This document shows positions 20,223-30,334 of a stretch of 64,000 nt of DNA, piece by piece. The stretch lies in the IMG/VR virus record IMGVR_UViG_2513237213_000004, positions 1-64,000 of that record; one strand, given 5' to 3'. The translations under genes were made by a program, and so were the position numbers. Each line of letters begins with the position of its first letter. The first letter of the stretch is position 1. The notes under the pieces are model-generated. The model did not search any database. It was not told the DNA's origin and saw only the letters and a program-made list of their open reading frames with translations. The stretch comes from a virus (taxonomy: Duplodnaviria; Caudoviricetes).

Positions 20223-21053
20223 ATGAGTTTAAAAAACACTTTAGCTACCATGGTTTCCATAGCAGCAATCTTCGCACTCGTAGGCTGTGGCGGTCCTAAG
20301 ACAGTGCAGAATCAGCAAGTTACCTTATCTTTAACCTACGGAGATAGGGCAGGAGTATACACTGGGGAGGTCAATGAACAAAACATTCCCAATGGCAAGG
20401 GGAAATTTGAAACCAAGAACTCCGCTGGTCAGACCTGGGTATATGAAGGCACATTTAAGGACGGTCATTTTGATGGCCAAGGTAAGACAACATGGCAAGG
20501 AATCAACCAGTCAGAAGAAGGCACATACTCCAATGACCGTTTAAACGGTCAGGGAAAAAGGACCTTTAGCGTAAATGGAAAACCGGAAACATACGAAGGT
20601 AACTTTGTATCTGGTATACCTATGAAGGCCGAAACCGTTGGCCTTAATACCGACGTTTCTTACGCCGATTGGACCTATAAAGTTACCGCCGTAAAAACAC
20701 AGAAATCTGCGGGTAACAAACAGGCATCGGGCCAATTCCTTATTTTAACAATGGATACCCAGAACAATGGCCAACAAACCCGTCAGCCCGGCTCTGGTAA
20801 TTTCTATGTACTTGCCGATACCAGCAATGGTAGGATTTACAAGATGGATAACGATGCTCCTGCGCAAATCCGCATAACGACCAAGAATTTTAACAATCCT
20901 TGGTATCTGTCAGATGTTAATCCTGGGAATAAAGCAAATGGAATCCTTATTGTTTTTGATATTCCAGATGATGTTAACGTCAACAATCTTGTCCTCATTC
21001 CAAATCAAAGTCAAACCAAGGGTGATGTAACTCCTATAAAATTACAAATGTAA
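20223..21053 (+). CDS. Lipoprotein moron with MORN-like repeats and DUF4352-like C-terminal domain
   Basis: Lipobox LVGC; YEGTFKDGHFDGQGK-type repeats; oriented opposite to structural genes, own terminator. Confidence 0.75.
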   Translation: MSLKNTLATMVSIAAIFALVGCGGPKTVQNQQVTLSLTYGDRAGVYTGEVNEQNIPNGKGKFETKNSAGQTWVYEGTFKDGHFDGQGKTTWQGINQSEEGTYSNDRLNGQGKRTFSVNGKPETYEGNFVSGIPMKAETVGLNTDVSYADWTYKVTAVKTQKSAGNKQASGQFLILTMDTQNNGQQTRQPGSGNFYVLADTSNGRIYKMDNDAPAQIRITTKNFNNPWYLSDVNPGNKANGILIVFDIPDDVNVNNLVLIPNQSQTKGDVTPIKLQM

Positions 21054-21057
21054 ACGC

Positions 21058-21092
21058 AAAAAAGCCCCATCACTTAGATGGGTTTTTTGTTT
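21058..21092. terminator. Bidirectional terminator
   Basis: aaaaagccccatc actta gatgggtttttt. Confidence 0.75.
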
Positions 21093-21103
21093 TAGTCTTT
21101 GAA

Positions 21104-21307
21104 TTAACCTTTGATAGATGACAGAACTTCTTCGGCGGACAGATTGTTAGTAACCATGTATTCCATGAGTTCCTTATAATCCTCCTTAGCCTTAGCAGAT
21201 TTCAGTTCACCTAGTTTACCTTTGAGAGCCTTGATTTCATTCTGCTTCTTCTCGATCTTTGCTTCGAGAGCACTGATTTTTTCTTCGTAATTCACTTTTC
21301 TTGCCAT
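21104..21307 (-). CDS. Small coiled-coil protein (moron)
   Basis: SD aggagg, own promoter TTGCAA-17-TAATAT (~21337-21370), 67 aa. Confidence 0.8.
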   Translation of the reverse strand: MARKVNYEEKISALEAKIEKKQNEIKALKGKLGELKSAKAKEDYKELMEYMVTNNLSAEEVLSSIKG

Positions 21308-21408
21308 TGTAAAATCCTCCTAAAAATAATATATCATATATATTACATTATTCGTTAGTAATTTGCAAGCAACACATGACTAAGTTACCAGGTAATATAC
21401 TTGTATAT

Positions 21409-21924
21409 TTACTGTTTTTCTTTATTGTCTGGCAAAGAAAATTGCTCTCCGCACCGCATACACTTATAGCCAGACTTCCAAACTTTTAATTTCTCACACG
21501 CCTCCCTGTATCCATCTTTGTGTAATGCGTGATAGGAGAACCCCAAAATCATAAAAACTGCACCTACGCCAAACGCGGTCAATCCATCTTTTGTAGATAG
21601 CGAAAGCAATAAAAACATAGTTCCCAATATATAAAAAGATACATATTTTGTTTTATATGATTTATATGTAGGCTTCTTTTCTAATATCCTCAATGCTTTG
21701 ATATCTTCCGATTTACATTTAGGACATTGATAGTCTGGATTTCCTTGATTAATTATATTGATATTTGCTCCATCGTAATTATTGGTTACATATGTATTAT
21801 AGTTATTAATTGCCTTCTCGGTTATAAAAGCAGTTCCACAATGCTTACAAATTCCAGCCTCCTTAGTATCATCTACTTCTATCGCAGCCCCACATTGAGT
21901 GCATCTAGCCGGTATGAACCCCAT
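21409..21924 (-). CDS. Zinc-ribbon membrane protein (moron)
   Basis: Four CxxC pairs and two TM segments. Confidence 0.75.
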   Translation of the reverse strand: MGFIPARCTQCGAAIEVDDTKEAGICKHCGTAFITEKAINNYNTYVTNNYDGANINIINQGNPDYQCPKCKSEDIKALRILEKKPTYKSYKTKYVSFYILGTMFLLLSLSTKDGLTAFGVGAVFMILGFSYHALHKDGYREACEKLKVWKSGYKCMRCGEQFSLPDNKEKQ

Positions 21925-22002
21925 GTATATCCCTCCATTCCTAGAACCCCAATATCCTTTTGCTATTTTCTACCTTTCTCTTTTGATTTCCTCCCCACAA
22001 AC

Positions 22003-22040
22003 AAAAAAATGACCTCCAAGGATTTCTCCCCAGAGGTCAA
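22003..22040 (-). terminator. Terminator after tape measure gene
   Basis: tgacctc...gaggtca followed by T7 on minus strand. Confidence 0.7.
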
Positions 22041-22045
22041 ACCTA

Positions 22046-25000
22046 TTACCGGAATCCCATCCGCTGATTCCTTCCCAGAATAGCATTGAGAGCCCGTGGA
22101 TTCTCTGCCAGTGCTTTCATCACCTGCTCCGAAGATGCCTGCGTATTGAGCACCACCAGGCCACCACCGTTCCCGTCTTTGCCCATGTTCCGCAACAAGT
22201 CAGTTTGCTGCGCCATGAGGCTTTCCATCTTTGCATTGGGATTATCGCGGTTAAGGACCGCCGCTTTCCTCGTTACATTGGCGGAAATATGGGGAACATA
22301 CGGAGTGGGGGCAATAGCACCGCCATCAGCGTATTTACCATAGTTCATCTTGTCAAGTGTATCCTTGCCGATGCGCTTAGTAGCTTCGGCGGTCATCACA
22401 TATTCGCCATTGGACAAATATACGAATCGATCTTTGTTACCGATGTAAGCCAGGATACTATCACTGGTTCCCGTTCCGGCCCCGGTGATTGCTCCTGCGG
22501 TTTGACCACCGGACGCATAGCCAGGAATCGTGCCTCCCGTGGCCCTTCCTGGGATATCGCCGCCATCAGCGAACTTCATACCAGCGCGGACCAACAAAGC
22601 CCTTAGCTGGATTTTCAAGAGTTGTTGCAATGCAAATTTACCAATGTCAGCCCAAAGTTCCTTGAAGGAATCTTTGAAGGATTTACCCTCGGCCAACACA
22701 TTGGTAAACATGTTGGTCATGCCATTGAGAATCATGTTATTGAACTCTAATTCTACTTTGTTTATTTCCTTCTCTTTATCCTGGAGGGCCTTTGTGGTTT
22801 CATTGACTTCTTTCCGGGTATCCTGCTCGGCCTGGGTTCCCACGTTAGCCAGGGAATTCCACTCTTGACTAAGGCGTTTGACTTCGGCCTCCTGCTTGGC
22901 TATATCGTCGTTTAACGTTGCTCCTTTGCCATTACTACGGAGGTCAGCAAGTTTCGCAGAAGCCTTCTCGTATTCCTCTAGCTTTTGCTCACGAAGAATA
23001 TCTCCTTCCTCCTTGGCTTCTAGGGCCGCAGCCTTCTTACGTTCTAGCTGGTCACGCAGGATATCCCTCTGGGCTTCCAAGACATCCTGTTTCCCCTTGG
23101 GGTTTCCATCGCCATACGGGTGGGCCAATTCATAGTCAGTATCCATTTTATCAATGAGATACTTATCCATGTCATCCTGGTTCATAAAGCCCGCAGCCTT
23201 TTCCCATGCCTGGCGTTGGTCCTCAATGGCCTTCGTGGTTTTTACCACCTTCTGCCGGATCTTTTCTTCGGCCTCTACCTGCTTCTTAAAGGAACCATCA
23301 GCATCATTGGTAAGCTCGGCCAATGCTTTACGCTCTGCCGGGACAAGTTCTTCCCAAGTTTTTCCCTTTTTAGCAAGGGCCACACCGATTTCCTTATGAG
23401 AATCCAAGTACGCCTTGATATTCGCCTGCGTAGAACTAAGGGCATTTTCCAGTTCACCCTGGGACCACTTCAACATATTCAGCTTCATATCGGCCACCGC
23501 TAAGTTTACTCTGTCCTCCGCAGACTTTCCACCGTTAAGAAAATCTATCGACTTAGCTTTCCAGGTTTTTGTATCCGCGTTCTCATAAGCCATCTGCTCT
23601 TTATAAAGAATTTCCTGATATCTATCCGGCTGGAAATCATTGATACTCTTTGGGGCCTTCTTCCGGCCACCGATACTTTGCGTATACGGTTTCCCTGCCA
23701 AGGTATTTACCGAGATTACACCTTCAATACCAGTGTCAGCAAAAGCGGTTTGCCAGTTCGTAGTATAATAAGCGGATACGCCTTGGTTGCCACCGGCAGC
23801 ATAGTAACCTTCACCGTTGGGGCCAATCATGATTACATGGCCTGCCTTGCCTCCGTTGCCATTCGTGTTCGTCAATGCGATATCGCCGGGACGGACGGTG
23901 TACTGACCGGAGGTAATCTCCGAATAAGGATGGAAAGCATAGCTGGCTGCCTGGCTCCAATTCGTCGCTACCGGTGAAAGATTATCAACGGTCTGCTGAT
24001 CTACCCCGGCATTGACAAGCGCCTTCTGGATAAACGTTGTACATACCTTTCTGCCAATATCGCGCCAATCGCCGCCACCATAGGGCTGACCTAATTCTTC
24101 CTTGGCTCCGGCGAGAACCTGGTCATTGAAAGAGGTGTAACCGCCAAAGTTATTATTATCGAAAGACCAGGAATTTAATTGTGCTTGTCTAAGGGCCATG
24201 ATCTTGTCCCCATAACCAGAGCTCATGTCCCCGAAATACGCATTTAAAGCAGCCTTTAAGTCAACATGGCCATCGCTGGTCTTGGTATAGTCCGCCTTTT
24301 CAGCAAGGAGTTTTACTGCGGTCATAGCATTGTTAAGCGGATTAGAGATATCTCCTGTACCAAAGCGGTCAGCGTCGGCCTGTTGCACCTGGAACATACC
24401 AAAGTGTCCAGAGTGCATATAATCTTCCAGTAGGCTTCCATCGCCATTGTACTGCTTAATCGTAGTATCACCACCGGACTCATGGGCAGCTATGGCACGA
24501 AGCAAAGGTTCATCAAACCCGTATTGCTTTGCGGTTTCGGAATTTGCTGCGGCCCGGATAGCCATGGACAGATCATCGGTCAGCTTTTCATCAGCCTTCG
24601 GTTTTTGATGGCTAGTACGCGGGTGAGGCGTTCTTTCGTTGCCATACTTATTATTATCCGGAAGGGAATTCTGATGATTTTCCTCGGCCTTTTCCCTGCC
24701 CTCTATCAGAGCAGCCCTTGTAGCGGCTTCGGAAGCAAGATTTTCCTCTTTCTGCTCTTTTTCTTCCAGGCTTCCCAGATTACCTTGTTCAGTTTTCAGA
24801 TAATCTTCTATAGGGCCAACGTTGCCAATCTTCCCGGCTTCTTCCACGGCCTTATCCATATCCCCTTGAGCTTTGGCTATTAATTCATCGGCTTTTGCAA
24901 TTACTGCATCAGTACCGCCATTCCATTTCACTTCCAAGTCATTAAACCAGCCCATGATTCCGCCTAGTTTTCCATAGTTCTCTGCTGCGTCTTTCATCTT

Positions 25001-28000
25001 TTGAGCACTTTCCAAAGTAGCCTTTGCAGCATCGTATTTGCCCTGGTTCATCACACGGGCCAACCAGTTCCAACCTTCGCCGTTTCTCTTAACCTGCTTT
25101 AGTTCTTCCTGTAATGCCTCTATTCTGTGCCTCGTACTCTCAATTTGCGCCTTAGTAGCCTTAGCGTTCTCCTGTGCCGTGTTTGCTATATTTTTTTGCT
25201 CCTGGATACTTTTGCTTTTCTCTGTACCCATGTAATCCTTGATGGCCGTTAACTTAAACCCGTTGTCATCAAGGAATTGGCCAGCGTCAGTATGTAGGAT
25301 TTCAGCGACGGTTTCTTCCATGTCCTTCAACTGCTCCTGCTTCGCCTTGTATTCCTCGCTGCCTTCGCTGACCGTAGCAAGACTCTCTTTGACCTTGTTA
25401 TACGCTTCGGCCACCTGCAATACTGCGGTTTCCCGGCGCTCTGCCTGGTCATACTCCTGCTCTGCCGTGTCGATTTTCTCCTTGATAGCATCGGCAGCAT
25501 CATGGGCAGCATTGGCTTCCTCGCCTTCTGCCATAGCGGTCATAAGGAGGTCTGCACCCATGGTAGCAGCGATTGTAGCAATGATGGTCATAGGACCACC
25601 AAGGGCCGATATTGCCGTGGTCAAGGTACGAGAAGTAACCGTGGCCACACGCTCTGCCGCTGCAAACGCAGAAGTAGCCAAAGCACCCGCACGAAGGACA
25701 ATGTTCTTCCGGCCTACTGCTGCCGTTCCTGCGGTTTCTGCAACGGCCTCCCCGGTGGCAGCGCTGGCGTTTGCAGCTTTGCTTGCGGTATTAGCTGCGG
25801 TAGCTGCGGTATTTGCCGTAGTAGCTGCGGACTCTGCATGTTTAGCAGCCGTTGACGCACCAGTGCTTGCTGCATTGGCCGTTTCCGAAGCCGTATTTGT
25901 AGCCTTGGAAGCCGTGTTCGCCCCGGTCTGTGCCGTGTTAGATGCCTCGGCTGCTCCGTTGGTCCGTTGTGCCGCACTGTTTTGCTGCAACGCTATGGTT
26001 TCTTCCCGGATTTTCTGCGTATGTTCATTTCGTTCTTCGATGTCAGCACCGCTTCCCATGGTGCTCCTGCCGGTTCCCAGGGCCGCAGCACGTTCCGCAC
26101 CTTTGGCTCGGCCTTCCTCCTTAGAGTCAGCGTACATATTACCGAAGAAACCTTCTGCCCGGTCACCTTTGCGATAATCCTCACTCATTCCCCAGGTAGT
26201 TCTTGCGGCTTCCTGCGCGGATACAATCTTGCCTAATGCTGCGGATGCAACCTTGATTGCTCCCAAGCCTGCTACAACGTATCCTAGATACTTAGCCAAT
26301 ACAAGGACATTCGTCTGGCCTTTCCCGGCTTCCTCGGTCATTTTACGGAGCCCTGTGGTTATATCCCGGATCTGCGTTGCCAGCCACTTTAAGCTATCGA
26401 AGCCTCCCTGCTGACCAAGCGTAGCCACGAAATTCACGGCTTCTGCTTTGGCCTGTTCAAATTTACGCTTGATGGTATCCATTTGTACGGCCACCTGCGC
26501 ATCAGCAAACCCTTTGGTTTGACCATCGTTAAGAACACCCTGCATACGCAGAATTTCTTTGTAGTTTTTGAGGATTGCTGCAATTTTCGAGTATTGGTAC
26601 TTGCCCCCAGCGAGAGTTGAAAGGAACTTCGTAGTATCCTTGCTTGTACTGCTCACGGCCAAGGATACATCGAGAATCTGCTTTTCCAGGGAACGCACAT
26701 GCTCTACGCCATCGGTTCCCAATTCTCTCGTTTTAATGCCCCAGAGTTTCAGCGCCTTATCAGCCTTGCCGGAACCCATGGTTACAAACAAGGACTTTAA
26801 TGCCTGTCCAATCTCATTACCGCTGCGGGCCGTAGTACGAACACCGGTTTCCACGAGCGATGTAAAGAAGGAGAAGGACACGCCAGCCTGGGCTGCCGAC
26901 GCACCAGCGACCTGGATTGCCTGGGAAATATCCTGGCCGGACGCAGCGCCGCTATGAGCAGCCCTGGTCCAGATATCAATGATTTCCGAAGAACGGGTAA
27001 GCAGATCATTGGTATTTTCCGTCTGTAAATTCCACTGTGACATGGCCGCTTCCAGACCTTTCGTTGCTTCTTCCATGGAGAACGCATCGGCAACGGCCAT
27101 CTTTGCTGCTTGGTCCGTGAAAAGTTTTGTATTGACCACACCATTTTCACCCTGTCCATACATACGACCAATGGAACGAGCAGCCTCTAATACCTCATCG
27201 GTGCTCTGACCATACTTACCAGCAATGCTGATGAAATCCGTCATAGCCTTGTTCATCTTCTCTGTTTCTTCGGCAAAACCTACGGCATCGGAGGCTTTCA
27301 TATTCGGATTAGCTTCGATGGACGGGATAACCTGCCGGATAGCAGCCATGCGATAATCAATGTTGGTCATTTCGTTTTCCGCCAACGTAGGAACACCGGC
27401 AGCAACGCCAATGGCTGCACCCGTGGTAATCCACTGTAAATGCGACATTGCTTTACGAGCAAATTCAGATTGAGTACGAGAAGCTCCCTGGATGCTCCGC
27501 TGATATCTATCGTATTCCCTTTCGGTCTGTTGGAGTGCGCGACGAGTTTCTGCGAAAGCCTGTAGATTCTCCTGCGTAGGAGCTTTGCGATACGTCGCGT
27601 ACAGAGATTCACACCGGGACTGTAACCGGCGAAGTTCCTGCTCATACGAGCGTACTTCTGTGGTCTGGTTACCAAGATTCTTGCCAAGGGCCGAAGCGTC
27701 CCTGGCCGCCGTAGATGCTGCATTGAAAGACTTTGCGTCACTAAAGCCAATCACCGGATTGACCGGAGCCACTTCCAACGCTCTCTTACCGCCAAGAACG
27801 CGTAACTGTTCCCGGTACTCTCTGGTTACCCGCTGCGCTGCCTGCAATTCTTCGTCTGTAAGCTGCCTGCCGCGGGAAATCGCAACATTCCATTTTTCCG
27901 CATCGGCTTTTACCTTGTCCCAAACCTGGCGAAGTTCCTTGCTGCCACCATAGTTCCCGGCCAGGGCATCGTTTCTCGCATTGATGACGCTACGGTTATT

Positions 28001-28888
28001 AGCGACGTTTCCACGCACCGTATCATTGATTTTCTTGCGGTTCGCCTTCTCCGTTGCCTCGGCAATGGCTTGCTCTTGTTCCAGGATTTTCTTCTGGTTC
28101 GCAATTTCAGCCCTCTGCTTTGCAAGGATACCTTCGTGAATCTTAGCAATGTTCTCCTTGACCTCGCGCAACTGGTTACTCTCGCGGACCTCTTTAGCAT
28201 AGTTTACCCATCCGCCCTTTTTAGCATAAGGATTTTCCACGGCTTCCAGGCCATAGTTTTCCAGCGTCTTATTGGCACTGTTAATCATAGAGCGATATTT
28301 GTTAAACGTGCTCTGGGCCAGGGCCTTATGACGCTGCATGGACCGGTCATAGGCTTTCAGTGCGCTTTCCTGTGATTTAATCGCTGCGGTTACTTCGTCA
28401 AACTGTGCTTTAGCCTTGGCTCCCAGGATATTATTAAGATCCAGACTCTTAATACGCTGCATTTCATCTTGGACCATCTTAATCTGGGAAAGAACCATGT
28501 CCAGGCTCTTGGTTTGCTTGGAGTCAGCAAAACGAATGATACCGCCACGCATAAGATGCTCTTTTTCTGCATTTAACTCTCGGAGAATCTTCCGAAGTGA
28601 AACCATGTTATTCGTGAGGTCAGTGAAACCTTCATCTACGCCTTTGCCTTTCAGATCCAGCTTGCCTATTTCATCGCCAACACTTTTTACCGCCTTGGCA
28701 AATCTATTTGCTCCACCAGTAGCCGCATCGAAGCCATCTTTGCCCCCGAACTTGGTTACTTCATGGTTGAGTTCCTTGAACGTGCTCTCGAAAGCCTTTG
28801 TGTCATTCCGGATGCTCTCTAAGCGCCGTTTGAAGTAATCAACGTCAAGTTCGACTGTATATTTCAATGTTCTATCGTTATCAGCCAA
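22046..28888 (-). CDS. Tape measure protein with lytic transglycosylase (SLT) and NlpC/P60-like domains
   Basis: 2280 aa helical; TMP core motifs; LLRAIAAHESGG...GMFQV and VCTTFIQ...GDI...GHV. Confidence 0.93.
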   Translation of the reverse strand: MADNDRTLKYTVELDVDYFKRRLESIRNDTKAFESTFKELNHEVTKFGGKDGFDAATGGANRFAKAVKSVGDEIGKLDLKGKGVDEGFTDLTNNMVSLRKILRELNAEKEHLMRGGIIRFADSKQTKSLDMVLSQIKMVQDEMQRIKSLDLNNILGAKAKAQFDEVTAAIKSQESALKAYDRSMQRHKALAQSTFNKYRSMINSANKTLENYGLEAVENPYAKKGGWVNYAKEVRESNQLREVKENIAKIHEGILAKQRAEIANQKKILEQEQAIAEATEKANRKKINDTVRGNVANNRSVINARNDALAGNYGGSKELRQVWDKVKADAEKWNVAISRGRQLTDEELQAAQRVTREYREQLRVLGGKRALEVAPVNPVIGFSDAKSFNAASTAARDASALGKNLGNQTTEVRSYEQELRRLQSRCESLYATYRKAPTQENLQAFAETRRALQQTEREYDRYQRSIQGASRTQSEFARKAMSHLQWITTGAAIGVAAGVPTLAENEMTNIDYRMAAIRQVIPSIEANPNMKASDAVGFAEETEKMNKAMTDFISIAGKYGQSTDEVLEAARSIGRMYGQGENGVVNTKLFTDQAAKMAVADAFSMEEATKGLEAAMSQWNLQTENTNDLLTRSSEIIDIWTRAAHSGAASGQDISQAIQVAGASAAQAGVSFSFFTSLVETGVRTTARSGNEIGQALKSLFVTMGSGKADKALKLWGIKTRELGTDGVEHVRSLEKQILDVSLAVSSTSKDTTKFLSTLAGGKYQYSKIAAILKNYKEILRMQGVLNDGQTKGFADAQVAVQMDTIKRKFEQAKAEAVNFVATLGQQGGFDSLKWLATQIRDITTGLRKMTEEAGKGQTNVLVLAKYLGYVVAGLGAIKVASAALGKIVSAQEAARTTWGMSEDYRKGDRAEGFFGNMYADSKEEGRAKGAERAAALGTGRSTMGSGADIEERNEHTQKIREETIALQQNSAAQRTNGAAEASNTAQTGANTASKATNTASETANAASTGASTAAKHAESAATTANTAATAANTASKAANASAATGEAVAETAGTAAVGRKNIVLRAGALATSAFAAAERVATVTSRTLTTAISALGGPMTIIATIAATMGADLLMTAMAEGEEANAAHDAADAIKEKIDTAEQEYDQAERRETAVLQVAEAYNKVKESLATVSEGSEEYKAKQEQLKDMEETVAEILHTDAGQFLDDNGFKLTAIKDYMGTEKSKSIQEQKNIANTAQENAKATKAQIESTRHRIEALQEELKQVKRNGEGWNWLARVMNQGKYDAAKATLESAQKMKDAAENYGKLGGIMGWFNDLEVKWNGGTDAVIAKADELIAKAQGDMDKAVEEAGKIGNVGPIEDYLKTEQGNLGSLEEKEQKEENLASEAATRAALIEGREKAEENHQNSLPDNNKYGNERTPHPRTSHQKPKADEKLTDDLSMAIRAAANSETAKQYGFDEPLLRAIAAHESGGDTTIKQYNGDGSLLEDYMHSGHFGMFQVQQADADRFGTGDISNPLNNAMTAVKLLAEKADYTKTSDGHVDLKAALNAYFGDMSSGYGDKIMALRQAQLNSWSFDNNNFGGYTSFNDQVLAGAKEELGQPYGGGDWRDIGRKVCTTFIQKALVNAGVDQQTVDNLSPVATNWSQAASYAFHPYSEITSGQYTVRPGDIALTNTNGNGGKAGHVIMIGPNGEGYYAAGGNQGVSAYYTTNWQTAFADTGIEGVISVNTLAGKPYTQSIGGRKKAPKSINDFQPDRYQEILYKEQMAYENADTKTWKAKSIDFLNGGKSAEDRVNLAVADMKLNMLKWSQGELENALSSTQANIKAYLDSHKEIGVALAKKGKTWEELVPAERKALAELTNDADGSFKKQVEAEEKIRQKVVKTTKAIEDQRQAWEKAAGFMNQDDMDKYLIDKMDTDYELAHPYGDGNPKGKQDVLEAQRDILRDQLERKKAAALEAKEEGDILREQKLEEYEKASAKLADLRSNGKGATLNDDIAKQEAEVKRLSQEWNSLANVGTQAEQDTRKEVNETTKALQDKEKEINKVELEFNNMILNGMTNMFTNVLAEGKSFKDSFKELWADIGKFALQQLLKIQLRALLVRAGMKFADGGDIPGRATGGTIPGYASGGQTAGAITGAGTGTSDSILAYIGNKDRFVYLSNGEYVMTAEATKRIGKDTLDKMNYGKYADGGAIAPTPYVPHISANVTRKAAVLNRDNPNAKMESLMAQQTDLLRNMGKDGNGGGLVVLNTQASSEQVMKALAENPRALNAILGRNQRMGFR

Positions 28889-28920
28889 CTTTTATCACTC
28901 TCCTTATATTCTTGTCCACG

Positions 28921-29015
28921 AGGTTCGCCCATATAGCCCTTCTACGCTATCACCTATATAAACTATTGCGTCCACCTCTAAAATCGCTCTACGGGCCTCC
29001 TACGGCTTCTGTGAG
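28921..29015 (-). repeat. Dispersed quasi-palindromic element copy B
   Basis: cctatataaactattgc at 28953-28969 with cccgtag/ctacggg-type arms. Confidence 0.65.
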
Positions 29016-29033
29016 CATTTCCGGGTAAAAACC

Positions 29034-29078
29034 TTGCATTGCTAAAAATACAGTGCTATAATACTCAATGTTGTCACA
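29034..29078 (+). promoter_or_regulatory. Sigma70 promoter with downstream TGTTGTCA box
   Basis: TTGCAT-17-TATAAT; spacer resembles promoter at 7355-7398. Confidence 0.75.
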
Positions 29079-29284
29079 CTTAATTTCATATTGCGACCAT
29101 GAATCATTTCACGCTAACATAAGCGGATTAAAAACTCCTACTTATGAACCCGGCATATAAAAAATGCGGGGGGTATTTCAAATTGCTGACTGTGGCCTTG
29201 TACCCTTGCGCTCAACCGAAAAACCGCAACGCGGTAAAGGACATAGGAAGCACAAATATTTTTTATTCTCTTGGAGGGATTCTC
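29065..29284 (+). ncRNA. Putative structured 5' leader / small RNA
   Basis: ~220 nt between promoter and RBS with several stems (ttgcg/cgcaa, tacc/ggta, cctt/aagg; cccggcat/atgcgggg). Confidence 0.4.
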
Positions 29285-29461
29285 ATGGAAAACATGAATA
29301 ACGTCGCAATTGTAAATGAAATTAAGGGTAAACTTATCGGAGCCGAGCAAATTCTTTTTTTGCTCAACCAAAACGGCACCAATGATGACTACGAGGACGT
29401 TATTGAAATTGTCCGTAATACTCTCTCAGATGCCATGGAGCTTACTGATAAAATACTGTGA
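29285..29461 (+). CDS. Small hypothetical protein (58 aa)
   Basis: SD ggaggga before ATG 29285; followed by terminator. Confidence 0.7.
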   Translation: MENMNNVAIVNEIKGKLIGAEQILFLLNQNGTNDDYEDVIEIVRNTLSDAMELTDKIL

Positions 29462-29467
29462 CGAACT

Positions 29468-29497
29468 AAAGGTACGATGGTTAACATCGTGCCTTTT
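29468..29497. terminator. Bidirectional terminator
   Basis: aaaggtacgatg gtta acatcgtgccttttt. Confidence 0.75.
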
Positions 29498-29736
29498 TTA
29501 TTCGCCAAGTAATGCCCGGATAGCATCGTCACCTTCCAAAACTTCTCCGGAAGAATCACCGTTTAATTCCGCTTGTTCTTTTTCTGCATTTTCGCTAAGG
29601 CCAAGCAATAAATCTTCCATCTGGTTAATCCTTAAATTCTCGATATCCTCCATTGTGAGGCTTGTGTTTTTAACTAAGGACGCAAAAAGATTACGCCAAT
29701 GAGTTTCTTCGCCCTTCTTTATTTCTGTTTTTTTTT
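29498..29736 (-). CDS. Tail assembly chaperone -1 frameshift extension (gpT-like part of gpGT)
   Basis: -1 frame from slippery TTTAAAAAAAAA reads KTEIKKGEETHWRNLFASLVKNTSLTMEDIENLRINQMEDLLLG...LLGE-stop; lies between TAC and TMP. Confidence 0.85.
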
Positions 29737-30093
29737 AAAGGTGGATAAACCAAGAAGCAATTCCACAATCTGCGCTGCCGTTTCTAGGTCCAACCATTCG
29801 TTAATCTGTTCCTTTGTTTCCCGGTAATCCAATGCTAACTCTACGATTTCCATCACATCATCAGCAAAGCCATTATCGAAGTTTATCCTCCCATCCGGCA
29901 GGGTTTCTACTTCGCCATCTTCGCCAATAACCGGGGCCATAGCATAGAGGGCAAAAGAGCCCGGATCATACTTCGTCGTAAAATCGGTTACCGTTTGAAT
30001 ATCTTTGAATCTCGCGCTGAATACCTTGTGCTTTTTTCCGTATCTATCACGGACAGTCCGATAAACAGATACACTATTTTCTTCCTGTTCCAT
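29719..30093 (-). CDS. Tail assembly chaperone (gpG-like)
   Basis: Position between major tail and TMP; SD aggag before ATG 30093; ends at slippery site (STFKKKQK). Confidence 0.85.
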   Translation of the reverse strand: MEQEENSVSVYRTVRDRYGKKHKVFSARFKDIQTVTDFTTKYDPGSFALYAMAPVIGEDGEVETLPDGRINFDNGFADDVMEIVELALDYRETKEQINEWLDLETAAQIVELLLGLSTFKKKQK

Positions 30094-30210
30094 ACAATCA
30101 ACTCCTATAAATGAAAAAAGACACCTCACAGGTGTCTAAAATATGTTATACTTATTAAGTTGCCACAACCTTCCATCAAGGGTTAATCCGGCGAGGAAGG
30201 AGGGAACGAT

Positions 30211-30300
30211 ATGTTTACTCACGAATTTTGGCTTTCGGTGTTAGCAAGTGCTATCGGCGGCATAATTGTCGAAGTTGCCTTGCGTTGGTTAGGTATGTAG
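30211..30300 (+). CDS. Type I toxin, Fst/Ldr-like 29-aa hydrophobic peptide (not in ORF track)
   Basis: MFTHEFWLSVLASAIGGIIVEVALRWLGM; SD ggaaggaggg sequestered by upstream ccttcc; extended -10 TGtTATACT. Confidence 0.8.
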   Translation: MFTHEFWLSVLASAIGGIIVEVALRWLGM

Positions 30301-30334
30301 CCGATACCATGTGTGGTAATTAGCCAGACACCAA

